Assembly: GCA_000708835.1 (NCBI GenBank)
Contig: DF237284.1
Location: 52,886 to 103,371 of the forward strand
Reading direction: 5' to 3'
DNA from: Klebsormidium nitens
Taxonomy: Eukaryota > Plantae > Klebsormidiophyceae
DNA length: 50,486 nt
Numbering within the stretch: position 1 is the first letter of the stretch; each line of letters begins with the position of its first letter. This document shows, in pieces, positions 32,995 to 44,989 of this stretch. Position numbers and translations under genes: made by a program. The notes beneath the pieces were generated by a model that saw nothing but the letters and a program-made list of their open reading frames with translations, had not been told where the DNA came from and made no database searches.

Positions 32995-33945
32995 TCTCGT
33001 TCCAGTCGCGGCTTGGAGTTGGAGTCCTCTGGAGAGTTGTTTTCTTTGAGTATGACCAGAGTTTATTGTTCCAGCAGACGAGAATCAGACTTTTTTGAGT
33101 GAGCGCAAGTAAGTCAAAAGCTTCATGCTAGAATAGGTCAACAGATGAGAATGAGGCATCGAGCGATGTCCAGGACTCACAACGACAACTAGAATTGACG
33201 ATTCAATGCGACATTCTAGGAGAGATTCTGCTTGCAACGACTCAGGCTCTTCTGCTCTTCTGTCGGGCTTCTGTCCTATCACACCATATTTCGCAATGAC
33301 TTCGCAAAGTTATTTAATATGTGTGGTTGGACTCCTGACTAAAGTGCAAGCCTGGCATTGCATCGCTGAGCAGTTCTTACGGGCTCGCGTACTAGATGTC
33401 AATGCCCGTGGCCGGCGCATGGCGATCGCGCACTTTGCCGCGGCCGGCAGGCCGGGTACGCGCCGGCGCCGCGTACCACAGGCTCGAACGGGGTTTGGCG
33501 GTTTGGAGAGCCCGGCCTGGCAAGTGCGGCCGCGGCCGGCCCTCCGGCCGACATGTGCGCGCGCAAGTTCAGTACCCTCAACGGTTTTGAACACCTCGTA
33601 TACCTACCTAGATTCAGAATCTAGATGTGACATGTCATTGCATGAAGAAGGATTCTCTCTCGGACCAGTACTTAGCTAGTGGCAGCGGTGGAGAAGGGGA
33701 ACTTGCTGGCTCCTGCTGGCTCTCAACTTGGTGGCTCTGTCACTTATAGTTCCTAAGCTGTTTGGAGCTAAGTCTAATTTTCCCTTTGCACTACAAGGCC
33801 CCCAGCCATCGTTCTTTATCCTACTAATGTGAGCACGTGAGGAGCTCGACTGATGACCGGAAGCTGCCCCTGAGAGCATCACGCATCGAAAAATCCTCTC
33901 TGACGAAATTTTTGCAGAGGATAGCTTTTGAGTGTACTTCGCAAA

Positions 33946-36900
33946 ATGGCGCAGTGTGAGCTGCTTACATCAGCTCCAGCAAGCTCAAGCCTTCGGCTGC
34001 GCCAGCTGCAGAAGATTTGCGAGGCAGAAAAGTTGGAAGCCCTCATTCTCATTGCGGGTGAGCTTTTCACGTGCAGTATCGCATTTCATCTACAGGGAGA
34101 CTCCCAAACAATCATTGTGGCGGCTTATGCCAACCACAATAACTTGTTTCCTTCAATCTGTAATATCTACAAATTTGTCTGTTGTTTTCAACTTCATGTA
34201 ACAAGCAACTGTGCATTGCTTTGGAGATGGACTTAAAGCGAGGTCTGCACAAAAGTGTGCATAAAAAACTGAATCAGAACTCTCTGAGGAAAGTCTTGCA
34301 TTACTATGATATGGTGACTTAATTGCAGAGCATCAATCAACTTTGTTAAAAGTGGTATGCATTGCACAAAGATTCTCTAGGGGAATAGTGGTACAGACAT
34401 GCAATTATTGTAATCTAGCCCCATACGAGCAGTTATAGAAGTGGTGAAGTCCTTGTGGATACTGCCAACTATCACCCACACAGCCAAGACTGGATGTACA
34501 TATGTGTGCCACCAAATATAGAAGATGCCCTTGCTCTAATGAAATAGCTGATTCTTACACTCTGTGAGGCTACTTCAAAGATGCTCATTGCATAGTAGCA
34601 CCACCCAATTCGCTTATGGGGCAACAAGAGTTAGGCGCAGAGCACATTTTCGGTCCTCTCATAATTTATTGGCTCACCAGCAGAGGGGGCACAGAGCAGT
34701 GGTTTTCATGAAAGGTTTTGACGGTGGGCCAGACTAAGAGTACCTTAGTCCTGCTTGCATATTATTCCTTCTGCTAGAATTCCGGGCCCCAAGAAAGGCT
34801 CTATCAAAGGCACCTCACTGTTTCTACTTTCAGTGAATAGAGATTATCACTCTCTATCTCCATCCGTCCGTGTACTATGCACTCATAGCGATACCAAGAT
34901 AGATGTTGTCTCCAGACAGTGCTTGCTATCCCATGCAGATGTTTAGTGTACATCTGAAATCCCTGCAATTCTCTCTTTATCCACCAGAACCTGTTTGCAA
35001 CCACAACATGTCAATGACCCTTCCTCAGGCGCCTTTGCACAGTTGCACTTTTGTGAACCTTCCCTAGAACCCCCCTGTTTGCAGTGTTCCCCCCTTCCCC
35101 AACTCCTTGCTAAATCCCCTCTCAATCCTGGATGCATAAGTCTGCATCTTGAATGCACTATCGACACAGGCCCTGCGTTGCAAATCCCACTGTTCTCAGA
35201 CCCTTTCTCAAGTGCTCTGCCCTTTCTGTGCTTAAACCCTCCCTCATCCCTTTGTGAACCCGCGCTGATCGTTCCAGGCGTTGATCGCACCCACAATGCA
35301 GTCTCCTTCCAGACTCTGCGCTTCTTCTTAAGTACCCTGCTCTGAAGCCCTCGCTAACTCGCTTGTTATTATGCCCTTAACCACCTCGAATCCCTCCTAA
35401 ACAATTCATCGTACCGGCTCTCCACCCCAGGCGAGTGAAAACACACTATACACCGTCCTTCCAGACCCTGCGCTACTCCCAACTTATCCTACTCTTAAGC
35501 ATTCGCTGGCTGGTCTCTTATGTAAAACATGTTTTAATCCTAGTCGAGCTAACCCTTTCCTAACGCTTTCCTAACCCTTCTTGTACCCTCTCTCCACCTC
35601 CCAGGCATCGACAGCAACCACAATGCGGCTTCCCTCCAGACCCTGCGCTACCTCTTCACCGCCGCAAGTGGGCGCGAGCTCGAGCGGGCGAGCCAATGGG
35701 ACGCCCTGTTTGAGGACGCCGTCCTTGTGGTCCACAAAAATAGGTATGATAGCAACTTTTCTTCCGTGGTTGAACAACTTCGTTCATCTTTTGAGAAGGA
35801 TCAAAAGATGAAAGAATCGAAAAGCAGGGCCCAAGCAAGAGTGCAAGAACGGTCAGAAGATGGGGAGATACGTGGAGCTAGGAGCCCCAACTGTGGAAGC
35901 TAGAAAGCAGAGTTGTTACGCCTTTTAGAATACACTGTTTCAGCGGTTTTGTTTCCGATGACAAAGCCACTAAGAACCGTAAAGCACATCTTCCTTTCTT
36001 TCCAAAGTTGCCTACAACGTGCAGCTCTTTCAAGCGACAGTCAAACACCTGTTGCTAATAAGTAAGTGGGAGTAAGGTCTGGAGGCACGAAACTCAAAGA
36101 AGCCTGGTCAGGCCATGTCGTAGACACCTTGCATCCGGACTCACGCCCTGCTAGGTACGTTGTGACCGAGCACGGTATTCGGCAGGACCGCCCGCGCTAA
36201 AATGCTGTAACCTTTTCTCAGGGCGTCGCTCTACCTCTCCCGCCAAGGCTACAAAGATCTCCTTCCAGCCTTGGGCCTCTGGCCGGGTCTTACTGTTCAC
36301 TGTCCCACCGAAGAGGAGGAAAACGATACGGACCTATACGAAGAGCACAAGATGAGAACGTTCCGGGAGATGGTGGCGGGCCTCGAGAAAGGGGGGGTCG
36401 GTATGGCCCTGGTGAAGGGGGGGGCCGCGATGCAGGTCGAGGAGTGGCCGCTGATACAGTCGTATGCGCTGGACGGTGAGTAGGGTAACGGGTTGAGAGC
36501 ACTGGAAAAATGGGTTACCCCGCAGCTGTTAGCCGCACTGGTCTGGCGAGAGTTGAAAAGACCACAGTCGAGTAGCTGCTTGATGTGCGATGTTCTGTAT
36601 CTAGCCAGGCTTTGCAGGACGCAGGGACAAACCTGTTCTTGAAACGCAGTTTGTACAGCCATGAGCGTCGTGTGTTGCACCTCACTTACCATTTTCCGGA
36701 CAGGTTTCGCTGACCCTAACGAGTAGTCTCGATTTTATGTTGAGTTACGGCTATGTCGAGTTGAATCATGCCCGGGGGACGGGTGGGGTTGGTTTGGGGG
36801 TTTAGGGTGGGTACGGGTGCGGAGCATGTTAATTTTGGGTTTAGGTTTTTAGTTTGTTTGAGCCCGGGGAGTTCATTTTATTCAACATACACCTAAGTCA

Positions 36901-39900
36901 ACATACAATCCAGACTTATACCCTAATGACCGTGAATCATAACAGAGGGTCTAAGATCGACCACCGAAAAGCTGGCTTTGGAACCTGGGTGCCGGCTTTG
37001 GAGCAGACAGCTCTCTGCTAACGAAGCCCGACATCGTACTTTGACAACGGCCTCTAACACCAGAGCTTCACATCTCGAAAACAAAACTCCGTATCATCAA
37101 TCTGGAGGACAACCAGGTTTTGCACGACTTCTTTGAGTGCTCAACCGCACTTTTTTGCTAAGATTCGTCTCCGAACACGGTCTCGTTCTGCAGAAACCGG
37201 CGGTCGCGGCTTCTTCACGATGCGCCACGTGGTTGCTGACGTCACTCCCGCCCTCCGCGCCGCTTTCCACCGGCTGGACGCGCCCGCGACTTTGGGGCTC
37301 CTGCGCGGGGCAGTCCCGATGCTCGCGCAGCACTGGCGGGAGATGACGTCACTCTTGGACGCGGAGACGTCAGCGGGGCGCCTGCGGCTGACGGAGGCGC
37401 AGGTGCTCGAGCCGCTGCTGACGTACTACGAGTATGGGCAGATCAGGAGCGGAGACGAAAGGTGGGTTATCTCGCTAGGCGCCAAACAGCTGTTGACACA
37501 GATGCGCATTCATCCAGCCGCAACAGTCTGTTAACCTTGCACCCGTCTCGAAGTTTGGAACGTCCGTCTTCTTTTCCTTCGAGGTGCCTCGCTAAACGGG
37601 TGCGGGCAGATTGCGACCAGGAGCGATTTTCTGTTGCTATTAGTACTTTCTTCGCTCAAAGCATGAAGTATCTTCGCTCTTTACTTGCATTTACCAGCTA
37701 GCGACAGCGATTCCATTTACAAGCAGTCCCCTCCTTTCTGTCAGACTCCCTCAGCAAAAACCAACTCTTTTGACCTGCAGAAATGATCCTTTGGTGTGAT
37801 ATCTATTTCGATATTGCCAGCCTGGCCTTATTCCACCTAAGCCTATAATGTGACCTACCAGACAAAAACGCAAGCTCCTCCTCCGCTCTTAGATCTTATG
37901 TTCCGCTCTTGATCGACTCCTCCGGATTCTGAATCGGGATGAATTGTTGGCACGGGGATAGCAACGCTGAGAGAAAGTCTTCTGGTCTGTATAGCACTGT
38001 CTGTCAGACGGAGACTTCGCACGTCGATACGAGGAACACCCGCTCCCCAACTTTTTTGAAGCCCCTGAGAGACATTCTCTTCGCAGAACGGCCACAGACC
38101 ATCTCCCCGCCGTCAATTTCGGCGTCCACACCTCCCAGGCGTCCAAAAGCGCGCGCACAGAACGCGCGCACTCTGCCGAAGACTCCGGCCCGGACAAGGG
38201 CCCCGCCCTCCACTTCACCGTCGAAGCGACCGACCCGCGCACTTTCCTGCACTCCGCGCGGACGTACTTCTTCGGCAGCAGGGGGCAGAATCGCCCGGGG
38301 GAATACAACCCCGAGGAGGAAGACGACCAGGCTGAGTACGGCGGGGATGAGGGCGAGGGCCCGGTACCAGAGGAAGTGGGTTCCAAGGATGTGAAGTGAG
38401 TTTTGGAGGAGCTCGTGAATTTGCATGACATTTGGAGGGAAGTTGCTCTTTCCTACTTAGGCCGAAGCGCTCTTAGGCGCAACCGCACCGTGTTTCATCT
38501 GCATAGGCTGTTGGGTGTATCTGGCATCGCATAGGGGATGACGGGGACGGTCCAGTTATAGAAGACGCGGAGTCCAAGGATGCAAAGTGAGTTTGAGAGG
38601 AGTTGGTAGTCTGGTTGGTATCTGGGAGGAGTTCGACGCTTCTTACTTTGGCGAAGGCGCTGGTTTGCAATGAGCAAGTGCGCCTCACGACCTCCGAGTT
38701 GCCATTGGAAGTGCTTTTGCAATCTTAAAGGCTGTTGGCTGCCTTTCGATTCCGCGAGCTTCGATGAGTGCCCCCAGATCTTCGTCCCGTCTTTCGGGCA
38801 TACTTCTGATTCCGAGCGAGACTGAGCGTCTGTTCCCACCTTGAGAGTCAGGGCGATAGCGAGCACTGAGAAAACGCGTGTCATGAGCACGTGTCGGACG
38901 TGAGAATCGGAACGAAATAAATTGACTAGCACTATTTGTAAAAACTATGCTGATTCGACAAGTGTCTGGCCAGATACCTGGTGCAACTCTATGTGGCTCT
39001 CGTGGCGGCCTGCCGGGAGACGCTCGCGAATGTAGCGAAGACCAGTACCTTCGACGAAGGCACCATCAAACAGGTGCGTCATGCTTCGTCCCGTGAGATG
39101 CTTTGGACGTCTAATTACTTTTTGCATGGGCGCCTGTACTATGTGAGAGCTTTAACAGAAGCTGGTTCGTCCGAGGTTCTGAGAGGAGTCAGGCGTTGTC
39201 GAGGGGAAGAAAGTTCCAAATTGTAATGGCAAAGAAACGAATCTAGTAATACTCATGCGAGGTCAGTGTCGAGGTAAGACGAGTAACATATCCCCTAGCA
39301 GGGTTAGGAAGCTCTGGGAATCCTAGACGTTGCAATCATAAGCGTATACTTGGATTGTGAAATCCGCTCCCCCTTCCCGCAGCTCCTCGCAAAGAACTTC
39401 CACCAGGCCCTTCCGCAACACCTGACTGACGTCACGTCCTCCGTAACCGACACCATTTTGACGTCACTCCGGGTCGAGGCCTGGGTTGTCGATCCGCTGG
39501 CCGGGAACCGCTCCGACGTCCGAACGGAAGGCCGGAACGTCCGAGTTCTGAAAGCGCGGATCGCCGACGTTGCGAGCGTAAACAGTCCCGGAACGACTTT
39601 GGGCGACCTCCTCTTCGCGGAGAGCTTCATCAGCGAGACCGCCGGAACAGATTCCGCCGGAGGCGATTCGGCTCTGGTCCTGACGGACGGCATCCCGGCG
39701 CTTGCCACCTGGCTCGGCGCCGGAACCGAAGACGAAAGCTTCAGAGCTCAGCGGGACGATTTGCAGCGAGCTATGGGCGCCGTGGCTCCGCTTGGCGACG
39801 GTCCGGTCGCTTTTCCGTCCGCCGGAACGCCTCGCGGCGGAATGACGCCCCGGGCCGGAACCCCGACCGGCGGCCGGGGCCCGCTGGCCCGCCTAGGGAT

Positions 39901-42900
39901 GCCGCTACAGGAGATTGGGGAAGATGCGCGGGTGGTGCTCGAGTGTGAAACGGCTCCCAGCGTGCTCGGAAAGTGGTACGCTTTCGAGTCAGGTTTGGTC
40001 TTTGAGGGCGACCGGTCGGGCCTGTTCATAATGGACTTCACGGCGGGTGACGTCAGCAGCGCTCACGTGCACCGGAATGTAAATGACCACTCGCCGGAGG
40101 CGCTGGTGTTCTGGTGTAAGGCGGATAAGTGCCCCGTGGCCTCGTACGGGGTGTATTCACACCTCGCTTTCCAGAATGCTGGAGAGGAGACCGCAAGTCG
40201 CCAAGCCGCGAATGGTGTGAACGGGCACGTCGAGAGCAACGGAGTTCCGGAGGCTCCCTTCAAAAGCAGCGGAACGAACGGAAGTAGCATGGGAGTAAAA
40301 TCAGTGGCAGTTGCCTTCGATCTGCTAGCGCTCACCCCGACCGCGCGCAAGCACTACACGCGGGAGATCCTTCCGGTGTGGGAGGCCGTCTGGGAGCGGA
40401 ACGGGATCCGCTTCGGGCACGGAATGGAGGTGCCGTTGCCGGCGCTGCTGGCGCACGAGGCACGCGATCGCGCCGCAGGGTTTGGGGGTTTAGGCGGCGA
40501 TACGCTATCGCTTGTTGGCCGCCGAAAGACCTTCACAGTTGCTTCCCCGGACCTTTCCGTAGCTGGTTATCTGCAGGGGTTAAAGCTCCAGGACGCAGGT
40601 GTGAAAAGGCCCCCTGCCACCCCGGCAAAGCGCTCGGAAGCGCCGATTTACATTACAGTCATAACGGGCACCCCGGGGAGCGGGAAGCACCTCCTGGCCG
40701 CCGATCTGGCCTCATCGAACGGCGAGCGGCGCTGGCACGTTATTGACACCGCGGGCGTCGGCAGCCCGCTTTCCTTGGATAGTGTCAAGTTAGAAAAAGA
40801 GCTATCTCGTGTATACCAGTCCGTTCGGGCCCCGGTGACGAGTAACGCCGAGCCTAATAAGAGCCCCCGCGTTACCTTCGTCGGAGTCCCCGACCACGTC
40901 CTGGTGATTTCCCCCGGGCTGGTGCCAGTCAGCCGGGTTATGGAAATTGTGGAGGGAACCGAAGCGGTAAAGACCGGTCGATGTGAGGTGGCTTCTGTAA
41001 CAGCGTGCGTCGAAGCGAAGTTGTTCTTTGAGGACGCCGCGAGATGGAAACCCGCCCCAGGAGTTATGGAACAGGTGGGTAACAAGCGACTTTTCCTCTT
41101 TCTGGCGAGTATCTCAGCTTTATGAACCTCTTCAACCGTTCTCAGCAGAGGAATAATGTTTCTGAAAGTAGAGAGAATATCGGAGACAGGATGCCTGAGC
41201 AGTCTAAGAAGAAATGACCAGATGACGGCAACGTCTCTCTCAGTCGTGAAAGCTTGGCGAACGCACGAGGCTCAGCTGCTTACGGAAATCGTTGACCAGT
41301 CTGCCGGCATTCCTTCCTATCGCATCTGCTTGATGCTGACACGTCTCGTCCTTGCGTGGCCAGCTCACGGCGGGCCACGTGGACACGATCTTCTTAATGG
41401 ACGCGGCCGCGGAAGAGCGCGACGCGGTGCGAACCTTCGTCCAAGCTGTCAACCCACTGGCTGCAGTCTTTCAGGTGCGTCATTTATCGTGATCAACATC
41501 CTTGCGTTCAAACTTCTTTTCTCTTTATATGTCTACGGGGAGGGTCGTTGTTGTGGACGCCGCAATCGTCCGAGACCCGGAAAAGAGCAGAGGCAGCTCA
41601 AAGCCGCCAAATGCATCTTGTCGTGGGCGCTTCTCGTTGCGTCTCGAGTAACCACACTCGCCCTGTCAGATAGAGTGACAGTAGATGCGAGTGGCCTGCC
41701 TGTGGGTTGGATCAAACGTGGTCGGATGTGCCAGAAAAGATGCCTTTTGCTTCGTCAAGGCCCCTGGAAACTTCAATCCTGCAGCTTGCTCCTTAATCTT
41801 ACAAGCGCCAGCAAGGATCGATCTGACGGCCCAAGCTTGTACATAGTCGGACGACCGTAGAAAGGTTCGACGGAAATTGCACTTTCTGGAGTACAAGCAT
41901 CAAAGGCTAGGATTTGCAATTCAGGGTTTGGGGTCCAGATTTTTCGGTTTACTGCGAAACGTTGCATGTGAATAACATGAGTCTCATCTGTACGCTTCCG
42001 TTTTGCAGGTGACTCGGTCCACTCTTACCGAGTTCGCCGACCACGCATTCGCGCCGCACGGGGCCACTCTTGACGCGCCACGTGGCGGCACCAGGTCGCT
42101 TCCCGGGTTCCAGCTCACCAAGGAGCTCGCGTCCGCGCTCGCGTTTAGTAAGGGTTCGGCGGAGGGTTTGGCGCCGCTGGCGTTTATGGGCGGGGATGAT
42201 TTGGAGGATGTGGTCATCAAATGTACCGGGCAAATAGATGAAGAGGCGCTCAAGTGGGAGCTGGCAGGTGAAGAGTACTTTTGGTTTCCTTTTGGTCACC
42301 TGGAATGAGGGCTGATGAGATGTTCGTACATAGGCTCTTCAGATTGGAGGTCACTTGGAGGTTTCCACTCGCTAAGAATAATGGGCAAGCACGTGACCCG
42401 TCGACCTCCTAGATGATTCCAGCCAGTCCTCGATAGAGTGTTCAAACGAGAGCTCTGCATTTCAAAAGGCGCCGTTACAGCGAAGCGGTGACAGGAAGCG
42501 TCCAGCATCGGGCTTGTCAACAGGTCATTCAGCGGTTTAAAAGCAGCCGTTGAACCAGCAAGATTCTCTCCGCTCAACGACCGACCGAAGCTTTCAATCT
42601 GCACGTTGTTGGCAGAGGGCTAACTTCAAGTTCTCCCCACTACCTCGAAAAGCGCATTGGATGTGGATTCTTACTCCTTATCGACGAACTGTGGCAGTAA
42701 GCAAGACAAATTGGTCCCGTACATGCAGGTCTCTTCTCCGAGACGTCCCTCTCAGAGCCCGCGTCGCCCCGCGCGGCCACGTCCCAGCCCCGCAACCCCC
42801 GCCTCTGCTGCGTCACGGGAGTCGTCACCACCGAGACCGGCGGCCGGGCCAAAGTGACGGCCACCAAGGCGACCGTCAGAGTGGAGCGCCTGGCAGACCC

Positions 42901-43629
42901 CGCTGATGTCATCAAGACGCCCGCGGATGACGTCAGCAGGCCGCAGCCCGGCGCCGAGTTACACTTCGTGGGCGCCAAGCCCCTCGACCGGGGGCTGCTC
43001 CGGGGGGTCTTGCAGAGGAGCCAGGAGTCGGCGCCCTCCTTCAAGCAGGTATGACGTTTGAGCCAAAGTGGATATGATTTTCCATCCATGGACGGCAGCG
43101 TTTACTGCTCGGTAAGGAAGGAAACGGCAAAACCTCCTAAAGATTTACACGGCGCGAGGGAGGGCCGTGTAGAAATTGCTTCTGAGTTCTCTATTCCCGG
43201 TTCTCCTAATTCCTGCATATTCTGAAAATTGAAAGTGGATTTCCGGCCATGCTCCATGCAGGAATGCGGGAATGAATTGCAGGACGGTTTCCCGTTCATA
43301 TCATAATGTTATCCAATCCGTGAATCATTGCGTTGCTTCTCGTTTCTGATTTATTTCATCCTACATTCAAGCAGGAGGCCCGCGTGGAGAGTTTGAGCCC
43401 GGGGGAGATTACTGAACTAGAAGAGGCGCACTCGGGGGCGCCATTGCCGCCCGGTTGGCACTTCGACGGCGCATGGTATGTGAACAGCTGGGGGGAGAAG
43501 TCGGCACAGCACCCGGAGATGAAGAAGTGGATTGAGGAGTATTTGAGGAGTGAGAATGAGCAAGTGGACAAGCATAACGAAGGCGTGCGGTCGAGGAGGT
43601 CGGGCCTCGTTCCCATACAGTTTGCGTGA
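33946..43629 (+). CDS. DNAAF9: Dynein axonemal assembly factor 9 / Shulin (C20orf194) homolog, about 1272 aa, 11 exons: 33946-34057, 35605-35743, 36222-36475, 37194-37461, 38087-38395, 38974-39073, 39383-41074, 41364-41474, 42009-42267, 42729-43048, 43375-43629
   Basis: LRQLQ...LILIAGIDS, VEEWPLIQSYALD..GGRGFFTM, SARTYFFG, P-loop GTPGSGKHLLA and C-terminal PLPPGWHFDGAWYVNSWG...HP match the C20orf194 pattern as I recall it. Exons sum to 3819 nt, in frame. Confidence 0.88.
35120..35665 (+). repeat. Tandem degenerate copies of the intron-1 acceptor plus the 5' part of DNAAF9 exon 2 (CAG ending at 35277, 35430 and the true one at 35604; a weaker copy near 35135)
   Basis: ccag|gc...ccagac(c/t)ctgcgct recurs at 153 and 174 bp spacing. 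Confidence 0.85.
38340..38670 (+). repeat. Tandem duplicate of the 3' end of DNAAF9 exon 5 plus donor (GT at 38396 true, 38587 copy)
   Basis: ggggatga...tccaaggatg..aa|gtgagttt..aggag occurs twice, 191 bp apart. Downstream intronic sequence is also homologous. Confidence 0.88.
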
Positions 43630-44696
43630 TTGAAGAGCTGGCGTACTGGCCCCTGGGCCGTTCGATGGCCGCTAAGGGCAACTTCGCATACTGTCCAAAG
43701 GCTAGAGTTAAGATGTGAACGTTGCAAGATAGACCTGCATTGTTCAACCTGACTTTCAACGTGTCTGCACAAAACTCAAGTAGGGCGATGCAGTGACGCC
43801 TTGCGGAGCGGTTGTACGCTCCACCTTTAATTCGAGTGACCAGATTACAAGCTTTGTGGTCGTAAACACCTCTAAAGTCGCAACGTATTGTCCAATCCCA
43901 CATCGTATCCGTCAGATATTACATTCTGCATGTCATTTGGTCCGGCCGGCTTGTTAAATTTTCTGCCGGTCAGCGTTTATTGTGAGCTCTCACCACAAGC
44001 TATGGGCGAGGGTCATGGCTGCCGCCCACCCGGCCCAGTGGATAAGTCGGATGCCGCCCGCCCTATCTAGGAAACATGATGACTTGCTGTCGAACAGATC
44101 ATGTACAAGTGCAAGTGCAAGCCGAGCAGGCGATCGGTGAAAAGAAGTAAGAATAGCTCTGCCATTCGTAATGTTATAAAGTTGGATTGTTGAATCTAGA
44201 CGCAATCAAGCATCGCATACGGTACACGTAGGGATACGTCACCAGCGGTTAAAATTCAAACCCACATTAGGGCAACTCAAGGCTTACTTTCTAGGAGTCG
44301 ATTAATGCGATGTTCGGGAAGCCTATACCGGCACAATTGCAGAACGTGAACTTATTTGCTCTATACAAGTTATATGCAGCCCGAGTATGTTCATGAGCGT
44401 TAATTACAGTCAGCCGGCCGAGATGATTAGTTGAGACCGCTTTGCCTTTGATGAGCACATGCTACCACTAGCTCGGTCCAGAGCGGGTTCGATATGTATG
44501 GCTTCACGTACTATGGCTTCAGGCTTGTCCGCGAAAATATTTCATTATAAGTCAGCAGCAGATTCATAAAGAGTGGTCTTGTCTAGTTCAATCGAGCGTA
44601 CATGTTCCGCGTACGTGACATGTGACATTCTGCGTATGTGACATTTGCCCCGGCCACAAATCTATCAGTGAATCTTTATGAGAATCTCAGTATGTT

Positions 44697-44809
44697 GGGT
44701 CAAGTGGTTCAACGGACCTGCCGTGTTCGACAATTGTATTAATTGCATTGATTGCAGGGTCAAGTGGTTCAACGGACCTGCCGTGTTCGACAATTGTATT
44801 AATTGCATT
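44697..44809. repeat. Perfect 60-bp-period tandem duplication (53 bp identical) between the convergent DNAAF9 and PC-esterase genes
   Basis: gggtcaagtggttcaacggacctgccgtgttcgacaattgtattaattgcatt at 44697 and 44757. Confidence 0.95.
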
Positions 44810-44989
44810 AATGACCAAGCCTTATCTCAATGCGCTGGGCCCGGGGCGCAGAGATATGCTAATTACATTGTTCGCGCCTATGATTATCGAACCTTCTTTA
44901 CGTCAATTTTGCTATGAACATCTTGATGATCAGCTTCCAACTCGTCTGATGTACTTGATCGGACGAAGTGTTTTACTGTCAACTGCAAG

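Noticed and set aside
36795-36850. TTTAGG(G) telomere-like words in DNAAF9 intron 3
   Set aside because: Only two scattered copies in a G/T-rich patch, not a tandem array.
37889-38431. 180-aa and 140-aa minus-strand ORFs
   Set aside because: Antisense shadows of DNAAF9 exon 5, whose plus-strand frame carries the conserved SARTYFFG motif.
44480-44510. GGTTCGA (tRNA T-loop-like)
   Set aside because: No flanking cloverleaf, A-box or acceptor stem could be formed.
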